The notes under the pieces: model-generated
Told to the model about the DNA's origin: nothing
The model's database searches: none
The model's input: only the letters and a program-made list of their open reading frames with translations
From: Macrostomum lignano
Lineage: Eukaryota
Direction of reading: 5' to 3'
NCBI GenBank assembly: GCA_002269645.1
Contig: NIVC01000630.1
Location: 372,001-436,000, forward strand
Length of the DNA: 64,000 bases
In this document: in pieces, positions 59,810 to 64,000 of the stretch
Numbering within the stretch: position 1 is the stretch's first letter
Layout of the letters: the number at the start of each line of letters is the position of its first letter
Made by a program: the position numbers and the translations under genes

Positions 59810-62398
59810 GGGGAAACCGCCCTTTCCCTCAATCTGTTCCTCTGTGTGTCTATAGAGGGGAAACCGCCCTTTCCCTCAATCTGTTCCTCTGTTGTGTCTA
59901 TAGAGTGGAAACCGCCCTTTCCCTCAATCTGTTCCTCTGTGTGTCTATAGAGTGGAAACCGCCCTTTCCCTCAATCTGTTCCTCTGTTGTGTCTATAGAG
60001 TGGAAACCGCCCTTTCCCTCAATCTGTTCCTCTGTGTGTCTATAGAATGGAAACCGCCCTTTCCCTCAATCTGTTCCTCTGTGTGTCTATAGAGTGGAAA
60101 CCGCCCTTTCCCTCAATCTGTTCCTCTGTTGTGTATATAGAATGGAAACCGCCCTTTCCCTCAATCTGTTCCTCTGTGTGTCTATAGAGGGGAAACCGCC
60201 CTTTCCCTCAATCTGTTCCTCTGTGTGTCTATAGAGGGGAAACCGCCCTTTCCCTCAATCTGTTCCTCTGTGTGTCTATAGAGTGGAAACCACCCTTTCC
60301 CTCAATCTGTTCCTCTGTGTGTCTATAGAGTGGAAACCACCCTTTCCCTCAATCTGTTCCTCTGTGTGTCTATAGAGGGAAAACCGCCCTTTCCCTCAAT
60401 CTGTTCCTCTGTGTGTCTATAGAGTGGAAACCGCCCTTTCCCTCAATCTGTTCCTCTGTGTGTCTATAGAGTGGAAACCACCCTTTCCCTCAATCTGTTC
60501 CTCTGTGTGTCTATAGAGTGGAAACCACCCTTTCCCTCAATCTGTTCCTCTGTGTGTCTATAGAGGGGAAACCGCCCTTTCCCTCAATCTGTTCCTCTGT
60601 GTGTCTATAGAGTGGAAACCACCCTTTCCCTCAATCTGTTCCTCTGTGTGTCTATAGAGTGGAAACCGCCCTTTCCCTCAATCTGTTCCTCTGTGTGTCT
60701 ATAGAGTGGAAACCACCCTTTCCCTCAATCTGTTCCTCTGTGTGTCTATAGAATGGAAACCGCCCTTTCCCTCAATCTGTTCCTCTGTGTGTCTATAGAG
60801 TGGAAACCACCCTTTCCCTCAATATGTTCCTCTGTGTGTCTATAGAATGGAAACCGCCCTTTCCCTCAATATGTTCCTCTGTGTGTCTATAGAGTGGAAA
60901 CCACCCTTTCCCTCAATCTGTTCCTCTGTGTGTCTATAGAATGGAAACCACCCTTTCCCTCAATCTGTTCCTCTGTGTGTCTATAGAGTGGAAACCACCC
61001 TTTCCCTCAATATGTTCCTCTGTGTGTCTATAGAATGGAAACCGCCCTTTCCCTCAATCTGTTCCTCTGTGTGTCTATAGAGTGGAAACCACCCTTTCCC
61101 TCAATCTGTTCCTCTGTGTGTCTATAGAATGGAAACCACCCTTTCCCTCAATCTGTTCCTCTGTTGTGTCTATAGAGTGGAAACCACCCTTTCCCTCAAT
61201 ATGTTCCTCTGTGTGTCTATAGAGTGGAAACCGCCCTTTCCCTCAATCTGTACCTCTGTTGTGTCTATAGAGTGGAAACCGCCCTTTCCCTCAATCTGTT
61301 CCTCTGTGTGTCTATAGAATGGAAACCACCCTTTCCCTCAATCTGTACCTCTGTTGTGTCTATAGAGTGGAAACCGCCCTTTCCCTCAATATGTTCCTCT
61401 GTTGTGTCTATAGAGTGGAAACCGCCCTTTCCCTCAATCTGTTCCTCTGTGTGTCTATAGAGTGGAAACCACCCTTTCCCTCAATATGTTCCTCTGTGTG
61501 TCTATAGAATGGAAACCGCCCTTTCCCTCAATCTGTTCCTTTCTATGTCTATAGAGTGGAAACCGCCCTTTCCCTCAATCTGTTCCTCTGTTGTGTCTAT
61601 AGAGTGGAAACCGCCCTTTACCTCCAATCTGTTCCTCTGTGTGTCTATAGAGTGGAAACCACCCTTTCCCTCAATATGTTCCTCTGTGTGTCTATAGAAT
61701 GGAAACCGCCCTTTCCCTCAATCTGTTCCTTTCTATGTCTATCGAGTGGAAACCGCCCTTTCCCTCAATCTGTTCCTCTGTTGTGTCTATAGAGTGGAAA
61801 CCGCCCTTTCCCTCAATCTGTTCCTCTGTTGTGTCTATAGAGTGGAAACCGCCCTTTCCCTCAATCTGTTCCTCTGTTGTGTCTATAGAGTGGAAACCGC
61901 CCTTTCCCTCAATCTGTTCCTCTGTGTGTCTATAGAGTGGAAACCGCCCTTTCCCTCAATCTGTTCCTTTCTATGTCTATCGAGTGGAAACCGCCCTTTC
62001 CCTCAATCTGTTCCTCTGTTGTGTCTATAGAGTGGAAACCGCCCTTTCCCTCAATCTGTTCCTCTGTTGTGTCTATAGAGTGGAAACCGCCCTTTCCCTC
62101 AATCTGTTCCTCTGTTGTGTCTATAGAGTGGAAACCGCCCTTTCCCTCAATCTGTTCCTCTGTGTGTCTATAGAGTGGAAACCGCCCTTTCCCTCAATCT
62201 GTTCCTTTCTATGTCTATCGAGTGGAAACCGCCCTTTCCCTCAATCTGTTCCTCTGTTGTGTCTATAGAGTGGAAACCGCCCTTTCCCTCAATCTGTTCC
62301 TCTGTTGTGTCTATAGAGTGGAAACCACCCTTTCCCTCAATCTGTTCCTCTGTGTGTCTATAGAGTGGAAACCGCCCTTTCCCTCAATCTGTTCCTCC
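59810..62398. repeat. 47/48-bp minisatellite (agagtggaaaccgccctttccctcaatctgttcctctgt[t]gtgtctat), ~55 copies, in an intron
   Basis: Direct periodicity. Confidence 0.97.
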
Positions 62399-62439
62399 TA
62401 AGTTGAACCAATCAAGCGATCCCCGCACTCCCCTCGCAG

Positions 62440-62781
62440 ATGCAAAGCACCTATCTGCTGCAGGCGGAGCGCATGGACCTCAGCATCGGCACGTTTCGTT
62501 TACCAGCCGCCTCGCTGTCTTTGTTCAACTCTTTAGCCATCATCCTGGTGACTCCCCTGCTGGATCTCGTCATCTTCCCACTGATTCGTCGCTTTGCGGC
62601 TGTAACCAAGATTTCTCTATTGAAACGAATCGGCCTGGGCTTTGCTCTGGCCATCGTGTCTGTGGTGATTGCCGGATTCTTGGAGATCCAGCGGAAATCC
62701 GAACTGAATCGTTCGGGCGGATTCGAGCAGGAACTGTCTGGAAGGACTTATAATGCTTCGAACTTGAATATCCTGCTGCAG
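62440..62781 (+). CDS. SLC15A4: SLC15A4-like transporter, exon 5
   Basis: MQSTYLLQAERM...PAASLSLFN...LKRIGLG...LEIQRK. Acceptor CCTCGCAG, donor CAG|GTTTGT. Confidence 0.92.
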
Positions 62782-62811
62782 GTTTGTGAAATAGTCTGCA
62801 ATGCTCCTCAT

Positions 62812-63215
62812 TCATTCCCAGTGAGACAGTCTGCCATTCCCAGTGTGACAGTCTGCCATTCCCAGTGTGACAGTCTGCCATTCCCAGTGTGACAGTCTGC
62901 CATTCCCACTGTGACAGTCTGCCATTCCCAGTGTGACAGTCTGCCATTCCCAGTGTGACAGTCTGTCATTCCCACTGTGACAGTCTGCCATTCCCAGTGA
63001 GACAGTCTGTCATTCCCAGTGTGACAGTCTGCCATTCCCAGTGAGACAGTCTGCCATTCCCAGTGTGACAGTCTGCCATTCCCAGTGAGACAGTCTGCCA
63101 TTCCCAGTGTGACAGTCTGCCATTCCCAGTGAGACAGTCTGCCATTCCCAGTGTGACAGTCTGCCATTCCCAGTGTGACAGTCTGCCATTCCCATTGTGA
63201 CAGTCTGCCATTCCC
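62812..63215. repeat. 22-bp minisatellite (cagtctgccattcccagtgtga) in an intron
   Basis: Direct periodicity. Confidence 0.96.
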
Positions 63216-63227
63216 GAATTCCAACAG

Positions 63228-63414
63228 ATTCCGCAGTTTTTCCTGATTGGCACCGGAGAAGTGTTCGCTGCCAGCACCGGCATGGAGCTGGTGTACAACA
63301 ACTGCCCGGACCAGCTCAAGTCCGTCACCATGGGCGTCTACTTGGCTATGAACGGGCTGGGCTCTTATCTTGGCTCATTGCTGGTAGCCATTGTTGGTGC
63401 AGCGACCACCGCTG
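63228..63414 (+). CDS. SLC15A4: SLC15A4-like transporter, exon 6
   Basis: IPQFFLIGTGEVFAASTGMELVY..CP..LKS..MG. Donor G|GTGAGG. Confidence 0.92.
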
Positions 63415-63419
63415 GTGAG

Positions 63420-63745
63420 GTTTCACCTGTTAGATAGATGTCTCACCTGTTAAACCGGGATCTCACCTGTTAGACCAGGTTCTCACCTGTTAGACCAGGA
63501 TCTCACCTGTTCGACCAGGATCTCACCTGTTAGACCAGAATCTCACCTGTTATACCAGGATCTCACCTGTTAGACCAGGATCTTACCTGTTAGATTAGGA
63601 CCTCACTTATTAGACCAGGATCTCACCTGTTAGACCAGGGTTTCACCGGTTAGACCAGAATCTCACCTGTTATACCGTAATCTCACCTGTTAGACCAGAA
63701 TCTCACCTGTTATACCGTGATTTCCCCTGTTAGACCAGGATCTCG
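63420..63745. repeat. 20-bp minisatellite (atctcacctgttagaccagg) in an intron
   Basis: Direct periodicity. Confidence 0.93.
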
Positions 63746-63822
63746 CAGAAAAATGCTATTCAAAGAATTTAACCTAGCTCGTATTTACTTCAAATCTTCT
63801 TGGTGATTCCCCACACTCTCAG

Positions 63823-64000
63823 ATCCCTGGCTACCAGAGGACATCAACACTGGCCATCTGGAGTACTTCTGCTTTCTGCTTGCCGGCGTTGCTACAGCAT
63901 TTCTGCTGCTATTTCTGCCCCTGTCCCGTTGGTATGACAGAGCCTATCAGCGCACCCTGATGCGAGATAGCGACGTTGCAACGGCCACCTACACGCAATA
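63823..64000 (+). CDS. SLC15A4: SLC15A4-like transporter, exon 7 (truncated by the window end; the final TA may begin the stop codon)
   Basis: DPWLPEDINTGHLEYFCFLLAGV matches the POT C-terminal N.GHL.YF.FLLA motif. Confidence 0.9.

Overview
Eukaryotic (metazoan) genomic DNA. GC-rich, polyQ/polyA-rich exons sit among AT-rich introns packed with minisatellites. This style resembles free-living flatworms such as Macrostomum, which is an inference and not proven. Six protein-coding genes were reconstructed with GT-AG introns whose phases join in frame. (1) A minus-strand nuclear receptor with an atypical C4 zinc-finger P-box; only the first exon is in the window. (2) UTP15 on the minus strand, 5 exons found, first exon not located. 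(3) A SLMAP-like FHA/coiled-coil/tail-anchor gene on the plus strand, 3 exons, 604 aa. (4) An intronless UBE2F. (5) A C1orf87-like EF-hand gene on the minus strand, 10 exons, about 621 aa. (6) A SLC15A4-like POT/PTR peptide transporter on the plus strand, 7 exons, running to the window edge. About 25 tandem arrays with mostly unrelated units of 17-129 bp occupy most long introns and several intergenic gaps. Mobile-element content includes a ~500 bp palindromic Penelope-type insertion with two hammerhead-ribozyme cores and a 13-bp TSD, a Crypton-like tyrosine-recombinase fragment with hairpins, a CpG-free Ty3/gypsy gag relic, a decayed hAT transposase, tRNA-derived SINEs, a hairpin MITE and a foldback element. 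A recurrent C->T signature in CAG/CCAG context suggests a non-CpG mutational or methylation process. There are no prokaryotic features and no CRISPR array.
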